Source: Penicillus capitatus (lineage: Eukaryota; Plantae; Chlorophyta). Taken from it: a stretch of DNA of 64,000 bases. Positions 24,653 through 37,429 of the stretch are shown piece by piece. The first letter of the stretch is position 1. Each line of letters begins with the position of its first letter. Position numbers and translations under genes: made by a program. Under the pieces are notes generated by a model. That model was not told the origin of the DNA. It saw only the letters and a program-made list of their open reading frames with translations, and made no database searches. The stretch lies in assembly GCA_965649825.1 (NCBI GenBank), contig OZ287717.1, positions 158,556 to 222,555 on the forward strand, read 5' to 3'.

Positions 24653-27600
24653 ATGGATTATACACCCGTAAGTTCCGCCCACCGCCCAGGCGACTTCAGC
24701 GGCAAACCCGACGGTGACGTGTTAGGGTGAAGATGTACCGGCTGTGGGTGTCCGGGACTCTTTGCCAGCGCTGAACAGCGTCGAATTCAAGTTTCAAGTA
24801 CGCCTGCCTTTGCGTGCAGTCGTTCGTCAGAGGCCCTCCAACGGCATCGCTGCTTAGATTGATGAACATGTCAAAGTGAATGGCGCTACTGAGAAGAGCG
24901 AATCCCGTCGTTCCTCCGTTTTGGACGTCGCCGAAGACCCACCCTTTGCAGACGCCGAAGGCGCCCTGCTCGATGAGCTGCTCAAATTCTCCGAAGTCCG
25001 TCACCATACGCATCCACCCGCCGCCAGACCCTTCATGTGTCTGCAGAAGCCACTGCCGTCCAGTTTGCTGAAGTTGGACTCCAACCGGACGCAGGACGCT
25101 TTGAAGATGCACGAGTACATCTGTACCTATATGGGCTTCCGTCCAGCGTCGCTCGAAGCCGGACAGCTGGTCGAAACGGCATCGCGTCTCATCAAGACGT
25201 GTGCCAAGCATCCGGATCTGAAGAACGAACTCTACATGCAGCTGATCAAACAGAGCCGAAGTGTCCCACTCGAGGAGTACAGAGATCGCGTCTGGGAACT
25301 CTGGATCGTGGCGGCGTCCGTCTTCGATCCGGCCAAGGTGAACAGACCCCAAGGCCCGCTCAGGGTCTGCACTCCTGTCGCGTCTCCGTAGGAGTACATC
25401 GCCGTCATCTCCGAGTACATCCACCAGGTGATGCAGGAGTCCCACGACTCGGCCCGCATGAAGGAGCTCGTGTCTCGCGTCTGGGCAACATTCAAGCGAA
25501 CAACACGCGCCGGACCGAGACAGGAGGTGACGTCGCCGGCCCGCTCGCGCTCGTGCGACATGAATCTTCCTTAGGCGCTGGGTCTGGACGAGATCGAGGC
25601 ACTGCTGTTGAACAAGAAGTTGACGACGAGAGTTCAGTTTCTGGACGGACGCGAGTGCCGCTTCGATTACCACACGACATCGACGGTCCAGGAGGCGATC
25701 GAGAGCATCGCCGAGACGATCAGCCTCGCCAACTACGCGACGTTTTCGCTCTACGAGATAAAGCCATCCGAGGCGGTGGAGAACGGAGAGCTCGTGGACA
25801 CGCACAAACATCTCGAGGAGAATCTGTACATCGCCGACATCCTTTCGCAGAAGGAGGACAAGGAAGGAACTTACTTTCTATTCAAGAAACGCATGTTCAG
25901 GTGAAACGGCCCCTATCTCGATCGAAGGCCTCGGGAATGTGTGTCCGTCCGGCAGGGAACAAGACGAACACATCACGGAGCCGATTTTTCTGTCGCTGTC
26001 CTATATGCAAGCGCAGCATGACTTTCTGAAAGGAAACTATCCAGTGGTCCGGGACGACGCGGCGCAGATGTGCGCCCTGCAGATCATCGTCGCCGAGGGC
26101 GCCGATTTGAAGAAGACGGATCCGCGTTTCATGAAAGCCGCCGAGAAATTCACGACCTCTCAGGTGCCACCCGGTCCTCGGGGACCAGAGAGATGAATGA
26201 CATGGCCGTGCAGATTCTGATGTCGCGCAAGCGTCAGCAATGGCACCAGGACGTCTACCACAGATACAACGCCTTCAGCAAGCTGACGAAGGAGGGAGGA
26301 AAACTGCAGTTCCTGAGAATCATCCACAGTCTGCCCTACGGTGCGTGCCGTTCCTCTGCATCGCGGCGCCGCCATCTGATGCCTGCCTGCCCTTTAGGAA
26401 ACTCGACGTTCTTTCCCGTGCGACGGAACGCCGATCCGATCGGTCTGTTGCCATCCAAAGTGATCCTGGGCATCAACAAACGCGGCGTGCATTTCTTCCG
26501 ACCGGTCCCCAAGGAGTACCTTCACTCGGCAGAGCTGCGCGACATCATGCAGTTTGGATCCAGCAACAACGCCATCTTCATCAAGATGAAGGTCGCCGGC
26601 GTTCTGCACGTGTTCCAGTTCGAGACGAACCAGGGCGAAGAGATCTGCATGTCCCTCCAGACGCACATCAGCGATCTGATGATGAAGCGATTCGCCAAGG
26701 TACTCACCTCCTTTACATACAGCAATGATGTGACGTTTGTGTTGCCTGTGGTGTGCTAGACTCGGAAGATGTCCGAGACGCAGCGTCGTTCGGGCAGGGA
26801 TGGTTTGCCGGACGCCAATTTCGGCGAGAAATACGAGCACCACATTCGACAGATGCATCAAAGACTACAGGAGCACCAGACGCACATCTCGAAACTCCAA
26901 CAGATACAGCAAGCGTCCGAAGCCGAGCTCGATTCCATTCTGAACGAACTCGACGAAACCCGACAGAAGCGTCGCGCGGTGGATTCCGAGAAGAACACGC
27001 TGCAGAGCAACCTGCTACAGATGCGTCGAGATATGACAGCCCTCAGCCGTTCGCTCTCCGATCTGAGAGGCGCCCTCGTGGAAGAAGAGATCGCCAAGAT
27101 GACAGAGATCAACAAACTGACGGAGGCAGTGGACTCGGCCAAAGCCCAGAGCCTGGAGGAGGAACTCAAGGCAAAACAAGAGGCCATTGCTGCCAGCGAA
27201 CAGCGATGCGCCGAACTGGAGCGTCAGTTGGCCGACACCGTCGCCAGTTACCAGCAACTCACCAGCGATTTGTCACATCTAGAGGAAACGCGGTCCGAAG
27301 AGGTCCAGCAACTCAAACACGAGCTCGCCGACGTCAAAGAGAACGTCCATACTCTGGAGCAACGTCAGGAGGCGGAGCTGAACGATCTGGTCGAGCGTGT
27401 GGCCAACATCACCGCGATGTACAACGCAGACTTGGCCGAAATGGAACAGGTACACGAGGATCAACTCGAAGTGCAAGAACTCCTGGACCTGAGAGCTGAC
27501 ATTCAACGTCGCGAGAGCAGTCACGCCGTCGTGATCGAAGGCCAGGCAAAGAGAATCGACTACCTGGATTCCGAGTACAAAAAAGAACAGATCATGCGCA

Positions 27601-28867
27601 AGCGCTACTTTAACCAGATTGAAGATATGAAGGGGAAGATTCGCGTCTACTGTCGCGTTCGTCCCATGCTGCCCTTCGAAAAGAGCAGAGGGCAGGATAT
27701 ATCGGTCTCTGTACCCGATGACATGACCATTACCCACCAATGGAAAGATGAGAAGAAAGATAGGGAGTACGTCTTTGATAGCGTTTTTACACCCGACATT
27801 CGACAAGACCAGGTGCGTCCCTCTACTGTGTGCCGCATCGCCCTGACCCATGGTTCTAGGTTTTTGAGAGTACGAAGCATTTGGTTCAGTCTGCTGTGGA
27901 TGGATTTAATGTCTGTATCTTTGCCTATGGCCAGACCGGCTCGGGCAAGACCTTCACCATCTATGGATCCGATTCTCAACCGGGACTGACGCCAAGAGGC
28001 ATCCAAGAACTGTTCGATATCCTCGAACGCGATGCTGCGAAGTACACATCTTCTGTCAAGTGCTATATGCTTGAGCTGTACCAAAACACTGTGGTGGATT
28101 TATTGACGCCTTCCAAGAAGAAACCGGTAAGACGCGGGCGATCGGTATGGACGGATTGATGAGGGTCTCTTAGGTGAAGCTCGATATCAAGATCGATGCC
28201 GGGGGGATGGTGGTGGTTCATGGCGCGATCATGGAAGAGGTGACGTCTGCTCAGCAGCTCATGGACGTCATCTCGGCCGGACAGAGGCGACGACACGTGT
28301 CCGCCACGCACATGAATAGAGAGTCATCTCGATCGCACTTGATCATGAGCTTCATTATTGAATGTACCAATCTTCAGACGCAGAACGTCACGAAGGGCAA
28401 GCTCAGTTTTGTCGATCTGGCCGGATCGGAAAGGTCAGCCGCCAGACGGATCAAAATGATCATTCTCAGCCGGCGGCGCGTGTGATCGCAGGATTAAGAA
28501 ATCGAAGGCGGAGGGCGAGCAGCTAAAGGAAGCGCAGGCGATTAATAAATCGTTATCTGCCCTGGGCAACGTGATCGTCGCGCTGTCGCAAGGAAAGGGC
28601 CACGTTCCGTACAAGGACAACAAGTTGACGCTGCTGATGAGCGACTCCATCGGCGGCAACGCCAAGACGCTGATGTTTGTGAACGTCTCGCCGACGGACA
28701 GCAACTTGGACGAAACTCAGAACTCGTTGCTCTACGCGACGCGTGTGAAGGCCATCAAGAACGATCCCTCCAAGCTGATGCTGGCAAGGGAACAGGCCAA
28801 GATGAAGAAACAAGTGAACCGTTGGAAGGCGGGTATGGACGTCTCCCACATCCTCGCTCAGTTGTGA
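24653..28867 (+). CDS. KCBP: Kinesin-like calmodulin-binding protein 1 (MyTH4-FERM-coiled coil-kinesin-14 motor-CaM helix)
   Basis: MyTH4 ([14 protein letters not shown]), FERM ([23 protein letters not shown]), neck [24 protein letters not shown]-loop [23 protein letters not shown], CaM helix [14 protein letters not shown]. Confidence 0.95.
24775..27603. repeat. Right arm of the 2.8-kb inverted segmental duplication (partner 6905-9736)
   Basis: Identity to the left arm begins at acagcgtcgaattc and ends at catgcgcaagc. Confidence 0.95.
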
Positions 28868-29575
28868 CGGCGGCCGCCCACAAGTCCACTCCATTGACGC
28901 ATCTGTCCGATGCCTGGTTGGTTGACCTGCATTTCATTGTGCGATTCTCAATGCCGCAACAACGTTTGTGTTTTTATCCGCGTCCCGCGACCCAATAAGG
29001 GATTCTTTTCGTCTTGTATCGATCGCCTTTGCTCTTTGTACATCGCTCTCCACGCACTCTCCCCGCAGATAAGGGGAAGCTCGTTTATGGGTCTGGTGCG
29101 TACTGTATCGCCCCTTGCTAAAGTACAGGGCATGGTCAGCGTTGTTTTTGGCTTCGCTGTCAGGTCGTGTTGAATAACCCGCCCGCCTACCCATCAATCC
29201 ACTCGACCAAGGAGTCACGATGATGATGCTTGAGAAATCTCTCTCCCTTGAAACACGTCCTGTGTAGAGCTGTCACATTCAGATGCCTTTAACGATTCTC
29301 GGCGGCACTGCTGGGGTAAATCTGCAGATACGCTTCTGCTGACATCATATCTGTGGCCCATACGACATCTACAGATAGATTGGCCTGACACGCGTCGACC
29401 GTAGACCCGCGTCGATTTTCCTCCGGATAAAACGGACCAACACATTCGCGTTCGTTTGTTTCTTGGATAAGGAGCGCCTCTCCCTGCCTCGAAGCCCTCG
29501 CTCGACCTCTAGACATCCGCGCCGAATTATTCAAGACCGCATTTATTCCGACGTTCAACTTCGCCGTCGCCCAAC

Positions 29576-32500
29576 ATGGCCGAAGAGGTAACCGTGTTGC
29601 CCCCGTCGCCCGCTGCCGCTCGAGCCATTCACCTGCTGGCTGTCAACAACCGAACCCTTACCCGCCCTATGGCCGCTGTGTAGGACGCGGTATCCGTTTC
29701 GACGTATGCGTCGAACAAGAATCTCACTGGGCTCGGCAGCGTCGCCGGCAATTTCCAGGTAATATCCGCCGTCGCAGCTCCGACGCCGGCCAGCCCGATG
29801 GACCGTTGACGGGTGCGATGTGTAGGTGGATGGCTTGCCACGACCGACGAGCAAGTGCCCCGAAATCGTGAACAAGAACGTTCAGGAGTCGGAAGATCCG
29901 CCTTTCAATGAACAGGACGACATGAGCCTCGAAGACCTCCTCGTCTTTTCACCTGTCACCCATCAGCACCTATCGACGATCTCTCCTGAGCCGTGTCTGC
30001 CACGCAGGAAATGATAACGACGAGTATCCTCCGAATGGATGGGGAGAACAATGAGAAAGCCGTTTTGATGTTTAACGACGTTTTGAAGTATATGTCGGAA
30101 TCTGACGACCCTGCAGAGAAGGTGCCGCAGAAAGACGTCGCTGGCAGGATCATAGAGGACTGCCTCCGCGCCGCCATCCTCAAAGACGAGCTCTATATGC
30201 AGCTCATGAAGCAGACGCGCAACAATCCCAATCTCACATCGAAGATGCGCCTCTGGGAGCTCTGGCTCGTTCTCGCTGCATCCGCGCCGCCATCCAAGGT
30301 GCGCCGCCAGCTGTCACATCGAGGGGCTGCCACGATCTGTGCTGTCTGCAGGACTATGTGTCCCTCCTGTCCGAATTCATTCACAGCGTCATGCGTGACG
30401 AGTCCGAGGACGAAACGGTGCACGGTCTCGTGGAACGTGTGTGGAACACGTTCAAGCGCTCGACGAAGGCGGGACAGAGGAAAGCCGCGCTGCAGTCTGC
30501 CGATATCGAGGCGCTGTGGGAGAACAAGAAACTGGTCACGCGTGTCTCGTTCTTGGACGGCAACGCGGCGACGCTGGACTATGAAGTCATGACGACTGTC
30601 CAGGAAGCTGTGGAGTTGCTGGCCAAGACCATCGAACTGGAAAACTTCAACAGTTTCACCATCTATAAACTTTACACACCGCGACAAGATGAGGACAGCC
30701 ACGAGGCCGTCCAAGAGCAGCACGTGCTGCTCGATGAAAACAGATACATCGCGGACATTCTGGCAGAGGCCAAGGCCGAAGGAATTGATGTGACGTTGCT
30801 GTTCAAGAAAAAGATGTTTAGAGAACAGGACGAGCACATCACGGAGCCCGCATTCGTTAACCTATCCTACGCTCAGGCTCAGCACGACTTTCTCCAGGGG
30901 AATTATCCGGTAGTGAAGGATGACGCCTCCCAGATGTGCGCCTTGCAGATCTTCGCTGCGCAAGGACCGGGTCTCGACGAAAGAAGCGACGTCTTTCTGC
31001 GAGAGCTCGATAAAAATCTCACCAAACAGGTGGGTACCCCTACAGGCGGCGGCGCCGCCACTGAGCGCCGCCACTACTGGCGTCTGTTCTAGGTGAGAAT
31101 GACACGTCCAGGGGAGGAATGGCGTCGGGATGTGTATCGCAGATATGTCGCCTTGAGCAAACTGACACAGGAACATGCGAAGCTTCAGTTCTTGAGGATT
31201 CTCAGAAGTCTGCCCTACGGCAATTCGGTTTTCTTTTCGGTCAAACGAACGGAGGACCCCATCGGTCTGCTGCCGTCCAAGCTGATATTGGGTATCAATA
31301 AGAGAGGTGTCCACTTCTTTCGACCGGTCCCCAAGGAGTACCTTCACTCGGCCGAGCTGCGCGACATCATGCAGTTTGGATCTAGCAGCCACGCTATCTT
31401 CTTTAAGATGCGTGTCGCCGGCGTTCTACACATCTTTCAGTTCGAGACGCGACAGGGAGACGATATCTGTATGGCCTTGCAGACACATATTACCGATATT
31501 ATGATGAAGCGCTATGCCAAGGCCAAGGAGCACAGGCGACCGGCCAATTCTACTGGACTGGCGCAGGCGAATTTCGGTCCGAAATACGACCAGCACTTGA
31601 AGAAGATGCAGAAGGATGTCGAAGAGGCGTCGATGCGAATTGAAGAACTGGAGAAGGAGGAGAAAGAGGCGACGTATAAAGTACAGGAGATGCGTACGCA
31701 GCTCGAAGGCATCCGAACCAATCTCACCAGCTACGAGTCGCAGAAGATGGATCTGCAGTCCGAAATCTCTGCCGCTCGCAAAGCCATCGGCGCCGCCAAA
31801 GAAGAGCTCCACGATATTCAAGCCGTCCGTTGCCTTTACGTCTGACGATTCTCCCAACCGTCGCTGTCTGTTGACAGGAACTCGCCGCCATCGAGACGCT
31901 AAAGGCATCTGAGGTCACCGAAGTCGCCGTCCCGAATGCCGACAGTGTGCAAGTCCAGCAGCTACAGGTCAACTACGAACAACTACAGGCAGAACTGAAA
32001 GAAGCCCAAGAAAAGTGCGATCGCGTTCTCACTCTTTTTTGTCGCTATCTTATGGATGTCACTCTTTAGGGAAGACGCCGTTTCCAATCAGCTAGATGAG
32101 ATCGAAGAGCAGAGGAGCAATGTTAGCAAGCGTTTGGGAGAGCTCGAGGCGTTGAAGGGAACGGAGGTCCAGGATCTCAAAGCAGAGTTAGAAGATATCA
32201 ACAGCAACTTGAAGAATCGCATCAAAGCTAAGGACGGCGAAGTGAACGAGCTCCAGGAGAAGCTCGCCAATATGACAGCTATGTATAACGAAGACCTGGC
32301 CGAGATGGCTCAGATGAAAGAGGACCAGACGGAACTGGTGGAGCTTAGACAGATGCGTCAGGACGTCGAGCGTATGGAGAAGGAAACGGCGTCCGTCATT
32401 GAGGGTCAAAGGAATAGAATCGATTACTTAGAGAAGCAGTACAAGGAAGAACAAGTTATGCGCAAGAGGCACGTCTCAGCCGCCGGCGGCGGCGGACGGT

Positions 32501-33744
32501 GTGATGGTGTCTGTGTAGGTACTTTAATCAGATGGAGGATATGAAGGGTAAAATTCGTGTCTTCTGTCGCGTTCGGCCGATGCTGCCGTTTGAGAAGAAT
32601 AAGGGACAGAGCATTGCGATCTCTGTTCCGGACGAGCTCACCATCGGGCACCCCTGGAAAGACGAGAAGAAAAACAGAGAGTACGTTTTTGACACCGTGT
32701 TCACACCGGATATCTCACAAGAGAAGGTCCGTCACACATTTCTCACACTTTTCCGCCGCCACGGCTGGTGCTGCTCTAGGTGTTTGCCGATACAAAGCAC
32801 TTGATTCAGTCAGCCATCGATGGGTTCAATGTATGTATCTTCGCGTATGGACAGACGGGATCGGGCAAGACGTTCACCATCTACGGTTCCGAGAGTAATC
32901 CTGGACTGACGCCACGTGGCATCTACGAAATCTTTGACCTGATCGAGCGAGATGCCAACAAGTATACCGCGACGGTTAAGTGTTACATGCTCGAGCTGTA
33001 CACCGATTATCTGGTCGATCTTCTCGCGCCGGACAAAAAGAAGCCTGTAAGAATGGCGGCGCGTACTTAAGGCAAAAAGTGTGACCTTTGTGTGACTAGG
33101 CAAAACTGGAGATCAAGAAAGATGCGAAAGGAATGGTGATCGTGAACGGCGCGACGCTCGTCGAGGTGCACAGCGGACAGCATCTGATGGACACAATTGA
33201 ATACGGGCAGAAGCGCCGCCACGTTTCGTCGACGCATATGAATCGCGAATCCTCGCGTTCGCACTTGATCATGAGCTTCATCATCGAGACGACGAATCTG
33301 CAGACGCAGGCCGTGTCCCGCGGAAAACTGAGTTTCGTAGATCTGGCCGGTTCCGAACGAGTGAAGAAATCCGGCGCTCTGGGAGAACAGATGAAAGAAG
33401 CCCAAGCCATCAACAAATCGCTGTCCGCTTTGGGCGATGTGATTTCTTCCTTGGCTACGGGAACAGGCCACATCCCCTACCGAAACCACAAACTCACGAT
33501 GCTTATGAGCGATTCGTTGGGAGGCAATGCCAAGACGCTGATGTTCGTGAACGTCTCGCCGACGGATAGCAACGTCGACGAGACGCAAAACTCACTCGTC
33601 TATGCCACACGTGTGCGTGCCATCAAGAACGATCCGTCCAAGATGTTGGCTGGCAAGGAGCAAGCGCGACTGAAGAAACTGAATGATCAATGGAAAGGCG
33701 GCAAAGCGAATTACGCCGATGGAGCGCTCGCAGAGTACGAATGA
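29576..33744 (+). CDS. KCBP: Kinesin-like calmodulin-binding protein 2 (tandem paralogue)
   Basis: Same architecture: DELYMQLMKQ, LFKKKMFRE, RKR|[61 protein letters not shown]. Confidence 0.95.
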
Positions 33745-34301
33745 AAATTTGCGGCGGCGGCGGCGGCGGCCGTTTTCTGCCGAATCTATGCCCTTCATGA
33801 CTGTGTATTGTCTGCCAATAATAAGTGCTCGTGTTTTCGTCTATAACGGTTAAAAGTTCACTTTTTTGCGGCGCTGACATTGTGGGAAATGCAGATTTGG
33901 AGAGGAGGTCATCTCGCCGCCAATCCCCACAGCGTCCCCATAAAACAATGAAAATCTCTATGACCACAACCACCGCTATCTGATGATCCATTGTTTGTGC
34001 TATTATTCTTCATTCCATAGAGATGGTGGATAGAACACACGATATTGCATTTCTGTCCGTCTACTATCGATTGCCCTCCCCTCTGTTGCGATTCTTGTCG
34101 CCACGCCTGTGGATGGTGGACATACCGATCAACAACCTTATGATGATGTGTCGCTCAATATCCACGCCATGAGATCGTCACAGTCATGAATGTGGTGTCT
34201 GTCAAACTCGTTGTGTCCCTGAAACGACGTCCCGGATCACATCGCGGAGATAACGCTAGTACTTTACAATCAAATGTCACATCGTCCAAAGTGTGAGATG
34301 C

Positions 34302-34814
34302 TTAAGCAGAGCCGAGCGCTTTTTCGGCATGGTAGACCACATAGAGAAAGCCATCCTCATCTTTCTGCTTCTCGTACACCGACATCATCAAATCACCTGT
34401 CACATCACAGCTCACACTTTGTGCCTTGGTCAAGAGTGAGACCCGTGGCGGGCAGGATGCCGTTGATGAAGATGAAGAGCGTTTTTTCGTGCTCCAGTTT
34501 GATTCTCTTGCGGATAACGTAGACAAACTGACCGACGGTCAAGTCACCCGGCACCAGATACTTCTTCTTGTCAATCCCTGGCAACGAACACTTGCCATAC
34601 CTCTCCACAATCACCTAAAGGCGCCCCGCGCGTCAAACGGCGGCGCAAAACGGCGGCGCGGACCGGTATGCGCAAGGGATGCTTCTCCTTTATCTTTTCT
34701 GCCTCTGCCCGTCGCGTATCTATTGGACACAGCGCATCGAGGACGTGACGCGAGCGGCGGATGGTCGCTACCGAACGCGTGTTCCTGTTTGAATGCACTG
34801 ACTGGTTCTTTCAT
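34302..34814 (-). CDS. ATG8: Autophagy-related ubiquitin-like protein ATG8 (3 introns)
   Basis: FKQEHAF|[19 protein letters not shown]|VIVE...[26 protein letters not shown]...|...[19 protein letters not shown]. Confidence 0.95.
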
Positions 34815-35501
34815 CGTTTGTCGCCTTCGCGTAATCCGTACGATAAAGGGGCACCGTCTGCAGCTCTACCCTCCTGTCACATCATCTGCCCTGTCAGTGA
34901 CGCGACGTCGTGTGGCACCTCGGGCGGTGTGTTTAGCATCGGATCTTTCAGAAGAGGACGGTTGGAAAACGATGTGAGGCATCAGCAAAGGTAACCGGCC
35001 ACAGTCATCCCTTGTCATCGCCCTTTCGCTGAAAATCATCCATAACGCAGAAAAACGTCTTCCCTGTCACCGACGCAAAACCGACGCCCGTCACCAAAAG
35101 CGACGCGCGCAGCATACGGTCCTGTCTCGAAGGCAGGTGTCGATGTGACGTGCGTTGCGCGACGTTTCTACTTAGGCGACGTGAGACGAAGGGCCTGACG
35201 GTTGCGTGACCTCTCCACGACGTCACTGTACTTAAGACGTGTCGACATCCATGTCACGACCCGACGACCCCTTCTCGCTGAATCTCGCCGCACGTGAGGC
35301 TCTCGGTCGTTTTCTGAGTCCTTCGGTTTATTGGATGCCTGGACAGGCCAGTTGGGCGGCTCTTCATCTCACACTTTTAACTGTGAGACATTTTTGCGCA
35401 TCTCTATGTCACGCGCCCGATCTGTTGCGCAGATGGCCACACCGATGCGGCATCGACATCCTTCTACACGGCAGCCTCGTCGATCAACGGTAGGCGCGCT
35501 C

Positions 35502-37429
35502 ATGTATGACCTGTCACATCATCGAGATGCACCGCAGGAGATAGAGAAGACGTCCGCAGACGTTCCACACGTTGGGGTAGCGCTAGATCATGCCCTTTAT
35601 TTTATCCTGAAAAATATCTCGCAGGGAGTGGACGGCAGAACCACCTGCAAAACATCTTTACGTTAAAAGAAGGAGATCTATTTGCTCAGAGGTACGGGTT
35701 TGACGCTTACGGTTAAAGACGTCATTGGATGCTTCGTTAGGTATCGCATACAGGGACGCACACCGAAGAAGCCACTGCAGTTCTACGCGACTGCCCTGCG
35801 CAACGGCGCCAGCGTTGGTCTCAAATTCTACCCCTGGCCATACGACGGCCTCTCAAACTGCATCGCCAAATACGAACGCGCCAAGCACAATGATCTCGTC
35901 TGCAGGTCGCCCATCCGCCCGCGACGCAAAGATCACACGGTATCGATGCTCAGGATGATCGAGTATGTGCCAGAAGACGAGCGATTTCCACCTTGCGTCG
36001 TCTGCGAGGACGGCGATTTTGCGTTGAGTGTCCTGATCGGGTCGTCAAGTCTGCCACCCGTCTTCCGAAAGATCCTTGTGCAAAACGTACGGCAGATAAC
36101 GCAGAGATCTTCCAAAGGGCGTCCATCGAATGCGTATGGCGTTTAGGTTTTCAAGGCGCTCCACAAGCTTCACGCGCTGAAGATCGTCCACGGCAGTCTC
36201 CGACCGGAGAAACTGATGTGCTTCCTGCCGGACTTCACTCTCAAGATCGCCGATTTCGACACCGCGCGCTTCAGTGGCGAAGAGGCCGTGCCAGAATCTC
36301 CATCAACGCTCGAGGGCCTACTGCCCTACGCATCGCCGGAGATCGTGCAATCGGCAGAGTTCAGGCAGAAGCTCAGATACCACGCCTCGTGCGATATCTG
36401 GACAGCTGGCATCCTCGCCTGCGAGCTCCTCACAGGTCGGCCGGTCGGTGGCGGCGCAGAACGTGATCGCGTTTCTGTAGGAAGCGGCTTCTACGGTGCA
36501 TCGCCGAGTATGGAGTACATGACCGATGTCGCCGCCGACAGAGAGCCCCTTCCCGAGATCGTCTGCAACGACAGACACATTCGGGCTTTTCTCCAGACGT
36601 TGCTTCAAATGGATCCCTCTCAGCGACCCGCCGCCACCCTCGCTCTCGAAGACGACGTCTTTCACACATTGGACGTCACATCACCCGACCCCGTCGAAAT
36701 GCAAGAGGCAGGCACACCACGGATATCCACTTAGCTGATAACGCTGTGCAGGTCATCCAGCGACTCTCCGGAATCGAGAGGGCTTTTCATATGCAGCTCG
36801 GCGGAACGGTGGCCTCCCATCTGAGCCCCAGCGTCTCGTTGGAATGGTTTGATCCGTCGACCAAAGCGGATGAGCCGTTTGAGCAACGACAGGCGAGCGA
36901 AGCGCTGTCAGGCAGCTTCGTAGAGTCCGACGAAAAACGCGTGTTCCATTTCTTGCGGATCGGCGAGAGCTGCCGTCTGAGGATTGTCGTACAGTACGAT
37001 CCCAATGTCCGCATTCGCGTGCACGAAGTCACCTCCGTTCGTCTCCAGACGCCAGACGGAGAGCCTGTCGAACTGGAGAGGCGTGTGCTGTCGAATGACG
37101 CCTCGACGTGCGTGACGGTGGCGCTTGTGGATCCATCCAGCATTCCTTCGCAGAGACTCCGCGACGTCTGTCCCCTCACCGGCACGTGCGACGCGCGTTA
37201 CGTCCGTCTGGATCTCCGTATCGAATTCGTCGCCTGTGGCGATTCGGATCAGACGCTCGAAGCCAATCGCGTGCTCTACTGTAAAATGGTCCCGCCGAAG
37301 AGTCGACTGCGTTACCGCCGATTTGTCAGGGCATGTCGGGAAAGGTGGAAGCGCATGCCAGAGTGGATAAAGAAGACGACGCAAGGTATTGGATGCCGCA
37401 TGAAGACCAGCGTGCTGGTGGTCTGGTGA
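35502..37429 (+). CDS. Kinase-fold protein K1 (predicted pseudokinase) plus shared C-terminal domain; 5' end uncertain
   Basis: VGLKFY, IVHGSLRPEKL, IADFD, YASPE, DIWTAGILACELLTG, LLQMDPSQRP; downstream exon 36752-37429 carries the shared domain. Confidence 0.75.

Noticed and set aside
24696-33588. Long antisense or alternative-frame ORFs over the KCBP genes (for example 24696-25811 minus, 25037-26029 plus) and their twins at 8608-9749
   Set aside because: Explained by GC-rich codon usage on the opposite strand or in another frame of a real gene.
36708-36751. Fourth GC-AG intron in K1 (GAG|gcaggc)
   Set aside because: An in-phase GT donor 15 nt upstream (CCC|gtcgaa) gives an equally plausible 59-nt intron.
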